Assembly: GCA_964430885.1 (NCBI GenBank)
Contig: CAYSHM010000023.1
Coordinates: 1 to 51,789, forward strand
Origin: an uncultured archaeon
Lineage (GTDB): Archaea; Thermoplasmatota; Penumbrarchaeia; JASLWR01
Length of the DNA: 51,789 nucleotides
Direction of reading: 5' to 3'
In this document: positions 18,567-29,036 of the stretch, piece by piece
Layout: each line of letters opens with the position of its first letter
How positions within the stretch are numbered: the first letter of the stretch is position 1
Notes under the pieces: generated by a model
Seen by the model: only the letters and a program-made list of their open reading frames with translations
Told to the model about the DNA's origin: nothing
The model's database searches: none
Made by a program: the position numbers and the translations under genes

Positions 18567-18854
18567 ATTTATCCCTGATATTTCTCATTTTCAATTTAAA
18601 TCGTTTTTCTACTATTGATGACTTCCACAATTTCCATAGGGGATTCTCATTACATTCAATGAATTGTTGATACTTATATTATTATTTAGAATTATTCAGG
18701 ATTTATTAATAGAGATTGTTGAAAAGACCAAAATTTATCTTTGACTGTGATGATCACAATGTGCCGTGATTATTCAGGGTATTTTAAGGGGATAGGCATC
18801 ATCCTCTGTCCTCTTATTTATATATAATACTATGTGTGTGGTATCTGATTTTTT

Positions 18855-18868
18855 GGAAAGTTTTATAA
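18855..18868 (+). promoter_or_regulatory. Putative BRE + TATA promoter
   Basis: GGAAAG-TTTTATAA, 65 nt upstream of ATG 18934. Confidence 0.55.
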
Positions 18869-18933
18869 GTAAGATAATTATTCAGTCATATGGATATCTT
18901 TATAGTTAGTCAAAAAGAGAAAGGGGGAAAAAT

Positions 18934-21900
18934 ATGAAAAATATTAAAAAAATATTTGCGGCAACAGTCGCATTGACAATGTTGTTAAGCATATTTCCAT
19001 TATTTGGAACTACTGCTGGAGCTCCGAACAGAGCTGGTGAGATTGTAATTTCTACAATTGAATTGAAAGATGATACCAATGTGAGTGGGGTTTATTCTCA
19101 AGGTATGCACATTATTGGGTTGAACTACACACTTTCGGTGGAATTGATTGATGTTAACATTACCTTATCCATCAACAATACTAATGAAACATATACTGAT
19201 ACCAACGCGTCAAATCCTGGCAATTTGGCAGCGGGAGATTATGTCGCATCCTTGGGTGTTGATTTCCAGGCAGTCGGTTGGTATGAGATAATTTACTTTG
19301 TTGAAGGTTGGGATGTGATTTCAGGAGGTATGGTTAACGAGAGCATTACCCGCTACATGGAATTTGAGTCCTTGTATTACTATCTGATTTATTACGAAGT
19401 GACAAATACCGTAATGCATCAGGGTAAGTATCCCCAGAGCGCCATGGCTCTCAATGTGGATGTTTACAATTTCGGTAATGATGATGCAGGATTGTTGAAC
19501 GTAAGTTTAGAGATAGAGGACAGCGGGTCCCAGGCGGAGGATCTCATGAATCCTTTCAGAGAAACCCAGGTTGAACCAGGTAACATGGCCCATGTGCTGC
19601 CATTCCCTTGGGTTCCTTCCGATGAAGATACCTTCGATCTAACAATCAAGGTTACGACCGACCCTGTCACAAGTCCGAATGCAAGTACAAATATAAGTGA
19701 ATTCCAATTATTGATTGAGAACACAACCTCTGCCCACATCAATATTTCAACTCCTCAGCCTGATACCTTGTATACCGGAGAGGATTTCACCCTGCGGGCA
19801 GCGGTGAGAAATTATGGTAATTCCAAATTATTTACCACTTTCATACTCTCCTATTATCCGGATGGTAATCCCGGAGCAGCCCAGGAGTTAGCTGATTTCT
19901 ATGTTGAAAACCTTCAGCCCTACGATAAGTATTTCTTGGAAGCTGACCTCCTCTACAACGAAGTATCCATCCTGGAGGCCGGATCATTTGTTCTGGAGAT
20001 TGCTGATGAAAATTCATCTTCCAAGAATACTACCATGATCACCGTAGATCCCATGCCGAATCAGGCTCCTGAGCTGATGAATGTTTCAGTCCTTCCGGCA
20101 TCCCCGGTGAATGTGGGCGACCCTGTAACATTCGATATAAACTACACCGATGTTGACGCCGATCCAGGCAGTGTTTCAGTTTTCATCGATGGGACCGAAT
20201 ACCCCATGATGCCTGTGATTGAAACTGTAAACTGGAATCAGCGGGTTCTATTTAGATATGAATGGACTGCTACCTGGGATTTAGCCCAGGATCCCGATGA
20301 GGATGGTCAGGAATTCGAATATAATTTCAGGGCAAACGACGGTCAGGGACACAATGCAACGCTGGATGATGGTGGACAGAACTTCACACTGGTTGTGAAT
20401 CCTCCGATGTACGGAGAGTTCAAAGGAATTGTCAAAGATACAGAAGACATTGGAGTAGCCGGTGCGGAGATAATTATTCTCGGAAATGATTATTTCAATG
20501 CGACCTGCGATGCCAACGGGAATTTCTCTGCGATGTTGGCTTTCGGTCAATATAATATTTGGCTGAATGACACGTGGTATGAGGAGAACGGTTACCTTGA
20601 CGGCTATCCCGAGGGCCAAATGGGTGTCAGGATAGTAACTATCACACTATCCAGGGATAATTATCCACTAACCCAGAATTTCGTCCTTCAAGAAGAGGAA
20701 ATCATTCCTTTGCCAGTTTTCAATGGCAGTGTTAATGATACCGATGGAAATCCTCTTGCCGATGTTGATGTGACCTTGGTGATATTCATTGATGAAATGA
20801 GCACTCTGAACACCACCGAACTGGTTGGAGGAGTTGTGAAGAATATTACCGTAAATGTGACCACTAGAACATGGTATAATCTGACGGCTACCACAGACAG
20901 CAATGGTAGTTATACGATTATCGGCGTACCCTTGAACACTTTTGATATAATGAAGCTTACCCAAACCGGAATGAAGAAGTACAGGGAAGATCTGGAGACC
21001 TTGCCTTCAAGTGCAGTAAGCAATGTCTGGTCACTAATGGTGGATAAACCGAATAAATTTGAATTCTCCGAGGCAACCTTCTCCAAGAAGGGTGCACAGG
21101 ACACAATGGTGAATGATACCACCTTCAATGAACTGGCTGTGAAGGTATACTTCGAGCTGGGTAAAACAAGTTTTGGCAATGTTACACTTGAGTTCGTCAA
21201 TGGTTCTGTTGTAGAGGACAAAGAATTCACAGTAACCGGGACCATCACACCTGCAAATGCAACCGTGAAGATCGACGACAATGAGGTGACTGTTACAAGC
21301 GGTAAGTTCAGCATTGTATTGAAAGGCGGAAACCATACCATAGTGGTATCCCTGGCAGGTTATGATGAGTATACTGATACATTTACCCTTGCCAAGAATG
21401 AGGATATGATCATCGAACTTCAGCTTTCTAGCGTCACGGTTACCATCGGTCCTTTCCTTGACGGGGATGGAAATGGTCTTCCGGGTGTTAAGGTTACCTA
21501 CAACGGTGTTGAAAGATTGACGGATGCCCAAGGAATTGCTACATTCGAAGAGGTCCTTGAAAGCGACACTGATGGTGGCAATATTCCTGCAGGAACTGAG
21601 ATCAAATTCGAATTCGACAGTGAGAAAAAGACAGCGAACTGGCCTCTCTCAGAAAAGGATTACAATTCATTTGATCAGGATACTGGCGATAAGAAAAGCG
21701 AGGAGAGCAATCTCCTGCTTATCATTGCTATTATCGTGATAGTTCTGATCATAATAATCCTGGTGGTACTCGCTTTGAAATCAAAGGGCGTACCAGAAGA
21801 TGAACTAATGGATGATGAGATCAGGGAGTATGAATGTCCCAGCTGCGGAGCTATTGTTACTTCCGATATGGCCGAGTGTCCGGAATGCGGCGAGATGTTT

Positions 21901-22158
21901 GAGGAGGAGGAGTTCAGATGTCCCGAGTGCGGTGAACTAGTTGAGATGGATGCGACCTTATGTGATAACTGCGGAGCAGAGTTCGAGTTCCCCGTACCTG
22001 ATGAAATGGATGACGAGGATATGGATGAGGCTCTGGATGAGGATCCGGATATAATAGACGATTTTGAAGTGGAACCGGATCTGGACGAAGAAGAACTGTT
22101 CAAGGATGAGGAAGAACTCCCTGATCCTGATGATCTTCCAGCTCCCGAAGACCTGTAG
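18934..22158 (+). CDS. Single-pass surface glycoprotein (CARDB/Ig-like, carboxypeptidase-regulatory-like, PEGA-like domains) with cytoplasmic double Zn ribbon
   Basis: Signal peptide, many N-x-S/T sequons, TM LLLIIAIIVIVLIIIILVVLAL. Tail CPSC..CPEC..CPEC..CDNC followed by an acidic end. Confidence 0.87.
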   Translation: MKNIKKIFAATVALTMLLSIFPLFGTTAGAPNRAGEIVISTIELKDDTNVSGVYSQGMHIIGLNYTLSVELIDVNITLSINNTNETYTDTNASNPGNLAAGDYVASLGVDFQAVGWYEIIYFVEGWDVISGGMVNESITRYMEFESLYYYLIYYEVTNTVMHQGKYPQSAMALNVDVYNFGNDDAGLLNVSLEIEDSGSQAEDLMNPFRETQVEPGNMAHVLPFPWVPSDEDTFDLTIKVTTDPVTSPNASTNISEFQLLIENTTSAHINISTPQPDTLYTGEDFTLRAAVRNYGNSKLFTTFILSYYPDGNPGAAQELADFYVENLQPYDKYFLEADLLYNEVSILEAGSFVLEIADENSSSKNTTMITVDPMPNQAPELMNVSVLPASPVNVGDPVTFDINYTDVDADPGSVSVFIDGTEYPMMPVIETVNWNQRVLFRYEWTATWDLAQDPDEDGQEFEYNFRANDGQGHNATLDDGGQNFTLVVNPPMYGEFKGIVKDTEDIGVAGAEIIILGNDYFNATCDANGNFSAMLAFGQYNIWLNDTWYEENGYLDGYPEGQMGVRIVTITLSRDNYPLTQNFVLQEEEIIPLPVFNGSVNDTDGNPLADVDVTLVIFIDEMSTLNTTELVGGVVKNITVNVTTRTWYNLTATTDSNGSYTIIGVPLNTFDIMKLTQTGMKKYREDLETLPSSAVSNVWSLMVDKPNKFEFSEATFSKKGAQDTMVNDTTFNELAVKVYFELGKTSFGNVTLEFVNGSVVEDKEFTVTGTITPANATVKIDDNEVTVTSGKFSIVLKGGNHTIVVSLAGYDEYTDTFTLAKNEDMIIELQLSSVTVTIGPFLDGDGNGLPGVKVTYNGVERLTDAQGIATFEEVLESDTDGGNIPAGTEIKFEFDSEKKTANWPLSEKDYNSFDQDTGDKKSEESNLLLIIAIIVIVLIIIILVVLALKSKGVPEDELMDDEIREYECPSCGAIVTSDMAECPECGEMFEEEEFRCPECGELVEMDATLCDNCGAEFEFPVPDEMDDEDMDEALDEDPDIIDDFEVEPDLDEEELFKDEEELPDPDDLPAPEDL

Positions 22159-22205
22159 ATATAGTTCTTGAATTATTGGGTCATCAGTGTGATGGAGAAC
22201 CATGC

Positions 22206-22241
22206 AAGTCCCGGGGAACCGGGACTTTTTTATTTTTTTTT
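22206..22241 (+). terminator. Strong hairpin + poly-U terminator
   Basis: AAGTCCCGG-GGAA-CCGGGACTT perfect 9-bp stem with GNRA loop, then a T tract. Confidence 0.8.
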
Positions 22242-22311
22242 AGATTTAAAATACTCGATTTATTCCAAATACTATCTAAAAATAATCTGATTTGGAAAGG
22301 ATGGTTTTAAA

Positions 22312-24036
22312 TTATTTTAGATCCAAGAAGCTAATAAGCGCCTCTACATTCACTTCAAAGGCAATAATTGGGTTGGAGAGTGAAAACCGGGTGATAGTCC
22401 TCGGGTGAACCTCTCCGAATTCCATCAGCCCTTCATTATCAACCTTTACAGTGCATCTTCTGCCTTTGATTAACGCAGGATTATCAACTTCTACCAAATT
22501 ATAATCATCAATAGATAGGTATCTCAGGAATGCTTTGATTATTCCCTTGATCTCGGTAAAAGATGCCTTATTATGGATAACAACCCCCCCGGCCTTTCTA
22601 AGGTTCTTTCCCTTGATGACAACATCACCTATCTCAAATATTTTTTGAGGAAGGTCCCTATGAAGATTCTTCTTCAGAATTTCAAGCATGGAAGGCAAGA
22701 GGGTCACTCTGATATTGGTATGGTCTTTACTGATGGGATTTTGGATAATAACGCGATCTCCAACCTCTTTTCCCAAATGTCGGAATTCCTTGTCATCATT
22801 GGATAGTGCCAATGTCATTATTTCCAGAAATCCCTGCCCTATGAAGAACTCTCTGATAGTGTAACATAGGGATTCCAGAGCCAATGGATTACCGAACGTC
22901 ATACCTTTTGGGAGCACCATGGGGAACTTATCATACCCGAATCCGATGGCGATATCTTCAATTATATCTATTGGGTGCAAAATGTCAGTTCGGTATGGTG
23001 GCGAATCAACCAAAAATATGTTATTTCCAATATTGTCAGTTTTTCCCTCTGGATAATTGACTTCATGCCCGGTTAGTGAAAGGCATTCAATGATCTTTTC
23101 TTTATCAATTCCCTCACCCAAATACCTATCGACCATGGATTGCTCCAAACTGATTCGCTGAGAGCTCAGGTTAGGCAGGGTTTCCGAATGATCGGGATAG
23201 GCGACCTCAACGGAATATATTGTACCGCCTCTTTCTGCAAGCATTGTTGCCATTATGTTCAATGCATAGTAAACTGAATTCCGATCATTGCCGGTGATAT
23301 CCAGAAAAATATCCTTTGTTTCCTCGGAAACAGCCGTAAGTTCCCCGTTTATTATCGGCGGGAATGATAACACGTCCCACTTCTTGTCGATTATTATGGG
23401 ATATCTATCAAACTGTTCAAGGGTGAAGGCGTAGTCTTTTCCTTTGTCATGTCTCATGAGGATTTCTTTCAGGTCCATCTCCTGATCCATATCCAAGGGG
23501 ATGAAGGTAATATCGGAAGGATGGATTGCCTTGTAGGTGAATGGAGGTTCGATGTATTCGTAATCATGAACCCCTATGGCCACCTTGACCCTGTTCCTGC
23601 CCAATGTTATATGGAGTTTCTCCTGAATACCCATGATGGATTGTATCAGGGGATCAGTCATGGTGACTCCCTTGATAAGTGCAGCGCCGATAAAGGGCCT
23701 CACGTTCAGGATTGATTCTTCCACATTCATCACAATGTCCGATTCCTTCACCTCATACTTCCTAAGTCCTGGCTGGATCTCCAAGAAAGCTCGGAGTGAA
23801 CGGGCAACTCCCTCTACGGAGTACATATCTGGTCTATTGGGAAAAAACTCTGCCTCTAAGATACCTTCATTTATATCTCCTACATCAGAACCAAGCATAG
23901 CCAGTTTATGCAGGAGTTCTTCAATCTGAAGTTCTTTTTTTTCTCCTTGAGAAGTTCTATATGATATAGTATCATTTTCTCTATTGCATCCGATAAGTTG
24001 GAGCATGTCATCGAATTCTATGGATATTGTAGGCAT
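22312..24036 (-). CDS. pheT: Phenylalanine--tRNA ligase beta subunit (archaeal type)
   Basis: MPTISI, PNRPDMYSVEGVAR, QEKLHITLGRNR, VLSFPPIING, YRTDILHPIDIIEDIAIGFGY, FGEVHP. ATG 24036 preferred over 24057. Confidence 0.96.
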   Translation of the reverse strand: MPTISIEFDDMLQLIGCNRENDTISYRTSQGEKKELQIEELLHKLAMLGSDVGDINEGILEAEFFPNRPDMYSVEGVARSLRAFLEIQPGLRKYEVKESDIVMNVEESILNVRPFIGAALIKGVTMTDPLIQSIMGIQEKLHITLGRNRVKVAIGVHDYEYIEPPFTYKAIHPSDITFIPLDMDQEMDLKEILMRHDKGKDYAFTLEQFDRYPIIIDKKWDVLSFPPIINGELTAVSEETKDIFLDITGNDRNSVYYALNIMATMLAERGGTIYSVEVAYPDHSETLPNLSSQRISLEQSMVDRYLGEGIDKEKIIECLSLTGHEVNYPEGKTDNIGNNIFLVDSPPYRTDILHPIDIIEDIAIGFGYDKFPMVLPKGMTFGNPLALESLCYTIREFFIGQGFLEIMTLALSNDDKEFRHLGKEVGDRVIIQNPISKDHTNIRVTLLPSMLEILKKNLHRDLPQKIFEIGDVVIKGKNLRKAGGVVIHNKASFTEIKGIIKAFLRYLSIDDYNLVEVDNPALIKGRRCTVKVDNEGLMEFGEVHPRTITRFSLSNPIIAFEVNVEALISFLDLK

Positions 24037-24137
24037 GTTATCAAGTCGGTAATTCACAATACTGCTATTTTAGGTTTAGCCTACACAATATCAAATTATG
24101 TGATATGAAATTCGTTTTAAATGAACTGAGTAAAATC

Positions 24138-27100
24138 CTAATCCCAAGAGAACAAATCATCATCCTTTCCTTTGCTGTCGTTATCCCAGTTCATATCACT
24201 ATTTTCATTATCCCAGGAATCATCGTTGTTGCCCAGGTCAAAGAGTTCATCAAGAAGATCTCCAGAGTATCTATCACTTGGTTCTGAATTTTTATTTTGG
24301 TCAAGGTCTTCAAAGATGTATTCCCCATCGTCATTGAAATCATTGTCCGCACTGTAATCCTCACCCCATTCCAGCTCCTCATTTTTATCGTTTTCATAGG
24401 GATCTTCATCCCAATCCTGTCTTCCTCGGTAATTCGAATCATTTGATGAATGCTGGTGATTATCCAATTCACCCCCGCTTTGGCGGGGATTATTGTTTCT
24501 TCGGGAAATATTAGGCATGTTTGAATATAGGTCAGAATAGTCTCTTTTATCCTCAACGGTTTCAGAAGGTCGTGTTTCAACTTTACTACTCGCTCTTTTC
24601 TTTCTATCTTTTTCCTTCTTTTTATTGCCCTTTTTTCTTACTAGAAGGGCAATAATGATTATGAATAAAATGATAGCTGAAATGACAATGATTATTATCC
24701 ACATGAGGTTATCCTTTACAAGTTCACCAGCATTGTCCAGAGCGCTGTCCTTTTCCTTTATATTTATATCAGTTCCATAATTTGCGCTTGTGCCTTCGTC
24801 AAGCAGGGATCTAAGCTGAATGTCCAGGTCATACTTCCCACTGGGTATATTTTCAGGAATAGTTATGTTGATCTTCAGATCATATACCCTGTCAGCTTCT
24901 ACCTGGAAGGAATTGAATTCAACTTTGGCCCATTTGGCAGCTTCACCGCTTATCAGTATTTCATAATTATCGATCCCGTTTCCAGTGTTCTTGATCTCCA
25001 GGTTCCAATCGGAATTATAGGCATTTCCTTGAGTAATATTAAGATTTTCAGGAAAATCCGGAAGGATTTTCAATCCGTAGAGTTGCTCTACATTTATCTC
25101 GATTGTCAGCTTATCCGATACCACTGGATCGCCGGGTGGGTCCTGGGCCGATACGGCTATCAGCTCAATAAGGTGTTTACCGGCCAAGGCGTTTTCGTCT
25201 ACCTGAATGGACAGTTTTCCTTCACAGCTTGAGAAACATTCCAATGGATAGGTGGAATTGACTAACTGTCCGCTGATCCATGAAACCGTATTGAATGATA
25301 CGTACAAAGTATCTCCAGAATTACCGAGATTGGATAGGTCGAATTGAATATCCTTGCTTTCACCAGTCTTCATATTAAATGCTGATTCCGCGCAGGTTAT
25401 TTCACAGCTGTACAAGGGTTTGATCACTACTTTTATTCTCTGAATGCTGCATATGCTTGAATTCTTACTGGAAGAAGCCTTGAAGTCGAAATAATATGTG
25501 CCTGCCTCTACATGTTCACCGGGTGTGACCCTGATCTCACTGAAATGTGTCTCATAGGCGTCTATCGATACCAGAGTTGATGGGATGTCGATATCCCAAA
25601 GGCTCTCCCCGCCAATTTCTAGCTGGTGGGAAAAATTGGACAGCGATATATTAATCATGTCCCTGAAGTTACCCCGATTCCTGATTTCCATGGATGTGTT
25701 GGTGGCATTACCATTGACGGTTTCCAGATTGTTGGAACCGAATTGCAGTTCAACATCGGGAATTTCCGCAACACTAAGGTTAACAGTTTTGATCTTGGCA
25801 ATATCTTGTGAGATGGATTCAACTCTAATATTAAAGGAATATCCTCCGGCAGTTGCATATTCGGGCACTTCCACCCTCACTGTTGCATTATGATGAGAGA
25901 ACTCATCTATTCTTACATCAAGATCATCAAGTGTTATTGCCCAGTTCGAAGGATATGTGATGATCTCCAGGTTGAAATCATCTTTTCCATTCCCTGAATT
26001 GATTATTGGAATATCTATCCATACCTGCTGGTTGGGAATAACATCGTAAGCCATAGGGGGCTCGATCTCGAATCCGTAGGTTCGATTAATAATGACATTG
26101 AATGCATGGTGATCATAAGCTGTTCCATTTGACATGACGGATGTAGCAGTAAAAACCAGCTGTCGGTTTCCAGCAGTACTTTTCGAAACTGGTATAATAT
26201 TTGCAGTTATCCTATCTTCGGAAAAGGCTTCCATGGTGAAATTATCCCTTGATAGCTCTACTTCCCAACCCTGGGGGATGTCTTGAAGTTCAATGCCCAC
26301 TATGTCCTGACAATTGGCCTGATTCGAAATATTCAGCTTGAATGATACAGGTTCACCCGGATAGGTTGATATATCTTCTACTGGAGAGGACAGTTCCAAA
26401 CCAAATTCTTCGGTCACGCTACATGTCATGTTCACAAATGTCCCCCTACCACCACTCATCACTCCTATGGGGAGAATATGGTTTGAATGGGCCAGAAGCC
26501 CTTCTGGCAGAGTTACTTGTATTGTTATGTTCTTTTCCTCTCCCGAAGCGATAGGTGTGTTCTGAGCAGAGCTGCCAGAAAATGATTCAGGGAGCTTTGA
26601 GAAATCTATATCTATCCTTTCCGCGAATGGTCCGTTATTAACCACCTTGATCTCATAAGTGCATGTTTCTCCAGGTTTTGCTTCATCAATTTCTTTCAAA
26701 ACGGTGAAATCTGTAGGCATTCCTCCTATAGCTAAAGAAGGATCACCAAGAAGATTGTATTCCGCCAGAGTCTTATGGTCCATGACATCATTGTTCCCCA
26801 CATCGTTCATATAATATGTGCAGGCTCTAGCTAGCATACGGCCAGGAGTTCTATGCCCCTCCTGAAAGCTTTTGTATAGATGGACATCCATAAAACCTGA
26901 TCGATGCTTGTAATAGTCGGTCCCCCAATCCCCCCATCCAACTCGAGTGCAGGAGATGACTGCAATTCCTCCCCCTTCTTCGTTCAGAAGCAATTCTTCT
27001 GAAATCGCCTCACCAGGATTATCCGGCCAAAATGTGGGTTTAAGTTCATTGTCGAAGGATCCGCACAGGCATGCGTCGAAGGTGAAAACAGGTAATTTAT

Positions 27101-28697
27101 TTCCATTACTGAGTCCCGCAGCATCATTTTTGTCGAATATTCCGCTCCCCTGTCCTGTGGCACCCCAGCAGTGATGGTCTCCATGGTCAGAAAAGGCCGC
27201 AAAACCGCAACCCTGGTTGAGACCACTCACAATCTCATTTTTATTGCAATTGCCCAGGCTTTCGTAGTACTTGGCGATATCAAAACCGCTTAGGTATCCG
27301 TTATCCACAATCTGGTCAAGCGTCATTTCACCTTCGTGTCCTGGTGCGTGACCATAAGGAAATGTATCAGTACCATGTAGATTTGCATCCTGAAACCAAT
27401 CCTGTCCCAGTGTGTTCTTCTCATAATAGATAATTCTATTTATCAGATGTTCCAGCTCAGAGGTGTCGCCTGCCGGCAGCCTACCAACATATATGTCATA
27501 GTAAAAATCGCAACCATCAGTTTCTTCCCCATATTGGCCGTTCCCATCTCCTTTCCAATCACAGAAATCACCGGTGGAATTGTAGATGTCCGCATAATAG
27601 GTGTCAGTCGGAACATCATCTCCATCAATATGATTGGCGCCGCCATCGTCATATCCGTCTCTTATATAAGAATATCTTACAGGGCACACATCGCTATCTC
27701 CCATTAGCATCACATACATGGAATCCCATGTTTCAACGGCATTTTTCAAGAAATATTTTATCTTCTCGGGATTGTCAACTCCCTCTACTGGAAAATAAGT
27801 GGAATCATAAATCTCTTCAAGTGAAACATATATGGTGTCCAAACCCGTATTGGTTTTGTGGGTGATGAGTTCGGACGAATGGGCTCGAAATGATTCCGGG
27901 CCGATTAAAATCATCTCCGCACTATCGTCTCTCACTGCCTTATTTTCCTGATTCTTCTTTAAAACTGGATGATTTGATAATGCTGGGTCCTTGTATCTCT
28001 CTATTTGAATGTGCATTTTAGTTGAGGCACGAATGTTCTTTAGCGCAGGATAATATACAACTGGATAAAGGTCTATGTTCACATATCTGACGAATTCTTC
28101 TGAATCATAATCCCTGCCAAATCCTTCCCTTATGTTGAAATCCATAGATGGATAGGGTTTCTTCGAATTGTATATTGAGCTCTCTTCAAAATATCCTTCC
28201 TTCGGTGTACTGCCATCTTCTTTATTCTGCATATTGTTGTTATCATGAATTGCAGGGAGGGTAGTTGCAGTGGGGATTATATTTTTCTCCAGCTTCATAA
28301 TTTCATATGATAGATGTTCCACATTTTCAATCTTGATCCGTTCATCCACAGGGATCTTTAAGGTTCTAGTGAAGATTGGTATTTTGGGTTCTCCTTCTCT
28401 GAGAGTGTATAAACATCCATCGAAGGATATTCTTGAGAATTCTCCTTCTTCGATTATATCTGGTAATGGAAATTCTAATGTCATTTCTTCAAAATGGCCC
28501 CCTTCCAATTCCATATTTATCGAAAGGTCATTATTCATAAACTGTTCACCGGATGGGATAGTTAGGTCATTTAATTGAGCCCAAATTTTCATGTAATTAG
28601 AATTGTTTTGCCGAGTCCCGAATGCAGATATGGCGGAAATGGAAGATAGCATTATCAGGATTAGAAAAATGGAGTAGAATTTCTGTTTCGATTTCAT
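24138..28697 (-). CDS. Membrane-anchored C25 (gingipain-like) cysteine peptidase with propeptide and NEW3/COG1470-like Ig repeats
   Basis: ATG 28697 with GGTGA SD and a signal peptide. Propeptide (GEPKIP), YVMLMGD, TDTYYAD, VGRLPA, catalytic His (SDHG) and Cys (DACLCG), YNLLGDPSL. Repeated I.N.GN..D domains, TM + RKK, acidic Trp-rich tail. Confidence 0.9.
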   Translation of the reverse strand: MKSKQKFYSIFLILIMLSSISAISAFGTRQNNSNYMKIWAQLNDLTIPSGEQFMNNDLSINMELEGGHFEEMTLEFPLPDIIEEGEFSRISFDGCLYTLREGEPKIPIFTRTLKIPVDERIKIENVEHLSYEIMKLEKNIIPTATTLPAIHDNNNMQNKEDGSTPKEGYFEESSIYNSKKPYPSMDFNIREGFGRDYDSEEFVRYVNIDLYPVVYYPALKNIRASTKMHIQIERYKDPALSNHPVLKKNQENKAVRDDSAEMILIGPESFRAHSSELITHKTNTGLDTIYVSLEEIYDSTYFPVEGVDNPEKIKYFLKNAVETWDSMYVMLMGDSDVCPVRYSYIRDGYDDGGANHIDGDDVPTDTYYADIYNSTGDFCDWKGDGNGQYGEETDGCDFYYDIYVGRLPAGDTSELEHLINRIIYYEKNTLGQDWFQDANLHGTDTFPYGHAPGHEGEMTLDQIVDNGYLSGFDIAKYYESLGNCNKNEIVSGLNQGCGFAAFSDHGDHHCWGATGQGSGIFDKNDAAGLSNGNKLPVFTFDACLCGSFDNELKPTFWPDNPGEAISEELLLNEEGGGIAVISCTRVGWGDWGTDYYKHRSGFMDVHLYKSFQEGHRTPGRMLARACTYYMNDVGNNDVMDHKTLAEYNLLGDPSLAIGGMPTDFTVLKEIDEAKPGETCTYEIKVVNNGPFAERIDIDFSKLPESFSGSSAQNTPIASGEEKNITIQVTLPEGLLAHSNHILPIGVMSGGRGTFVNMTCSVTEEFGLELSSPVEDISTYPGEPVSFKLNISNQANCQDIVGIELQDIPQGWEVELSRDNFTMEAFSEDRITANIIPVSKSTAGNRQLVFTATSVMSNGTAYDHHAFNVIINRTYGFEIEPPMAYDVIPNQQVWIDIPIINSGNGKDDFNLEIITYPSNWAITLDDLDVRIDEFSHHNATVRVEVPEYATAGGYSFNIRVESISQDIAKIKTVNLSVAEIPDVELQFGSNNLETVNGNATNTSMEIRNRGNFRDMINISLSNFSHQLEIGGESLWDIDIPSTLVSIDAYETHFSEIRVTPGEHVEAGTYYFDFKASSSKNSSICSIQRIKVVIKPLYSCEITCAESAFNMKTGESKDIQFDLSNLGNSGDTLYVSFNTVSWISGQLVNSTYPLECFSSCEGKLSIQVDENALAGKHLIELIAVSAQDPPGDPVVSDKLTIEINVEQLYGLKILPDFPENLNITQGNAYNSDWNLEIKNTGNGIDNYEILISGEAAKWAKVEFNSFQVEADRVYDLKINITIPENIPSGKYDLDIQLRSLLDEGTSANYGTDINIKEKDSALDNAGELVKDNLMWIIIIVISAIILFIIIIALLVRKKGNKKKEKDRKKRASSKVETRPSETVEDKRDYSDLYSNMPNISRRNNNPRQSGGELDNHQHSSNDSNYRGRQDWDEDPYENDKNEELEWGEDYSADNDFNDDGEYIFEDLDQNKNSEPSDRYSGDLLDELFDLGNNDDSWDNENSDMNWDNDSKGKDDDLFSWD

Positions 28698-28850
28698 TTT
28701 TTCACCAGGTAGTTGAATGATAGGATTTTTCAAGTTTCTCAAGTTTATTGAACTCACATTGGGACGAAAATATCTTAGAAGGATTTTAGGTTTATGACTC
28801 TTACGGCCCGTATCCATAGCGAATCAGCTTATTTGAAGGTGATGATTAAA

Positions 28851-28865
28851 ATAACACAGTGTTAT
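28851..28865. promoter_or_regulatory. Perfect palindrome, candidate operator upstream of the C25 peptidase gene
   Basis: ATAACAC-A-GTGTTAT, ~20 nt downstream of a minus-strand TTTATATA (28883-28890). Confidence 0.4.
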
Positions 28866-29036
28866 ACCATAAACCCCTAGATTATATAAAAAAATGGGTA
28901 GGAATTTATCAGTACATATGAATTTATGTAAATAGTCATTTTATTAATTAATTAACATGAAAGCTGAATTATTTCAAACCTAATTGAAACTTAGGGCCAT
29001 CAAGTTTTCTTTATGATGTCGGACCTTGATCAATCT

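Noticed and set aside
28698-28817. 40-aa N-terminal extension of the C25 ORF (similar upstream extensions at 35591 and 34619)
   Set aside because: Downstream ATGs directly precede the signal peptides, and 28697 and 35672 have GGTGA SD motifs.
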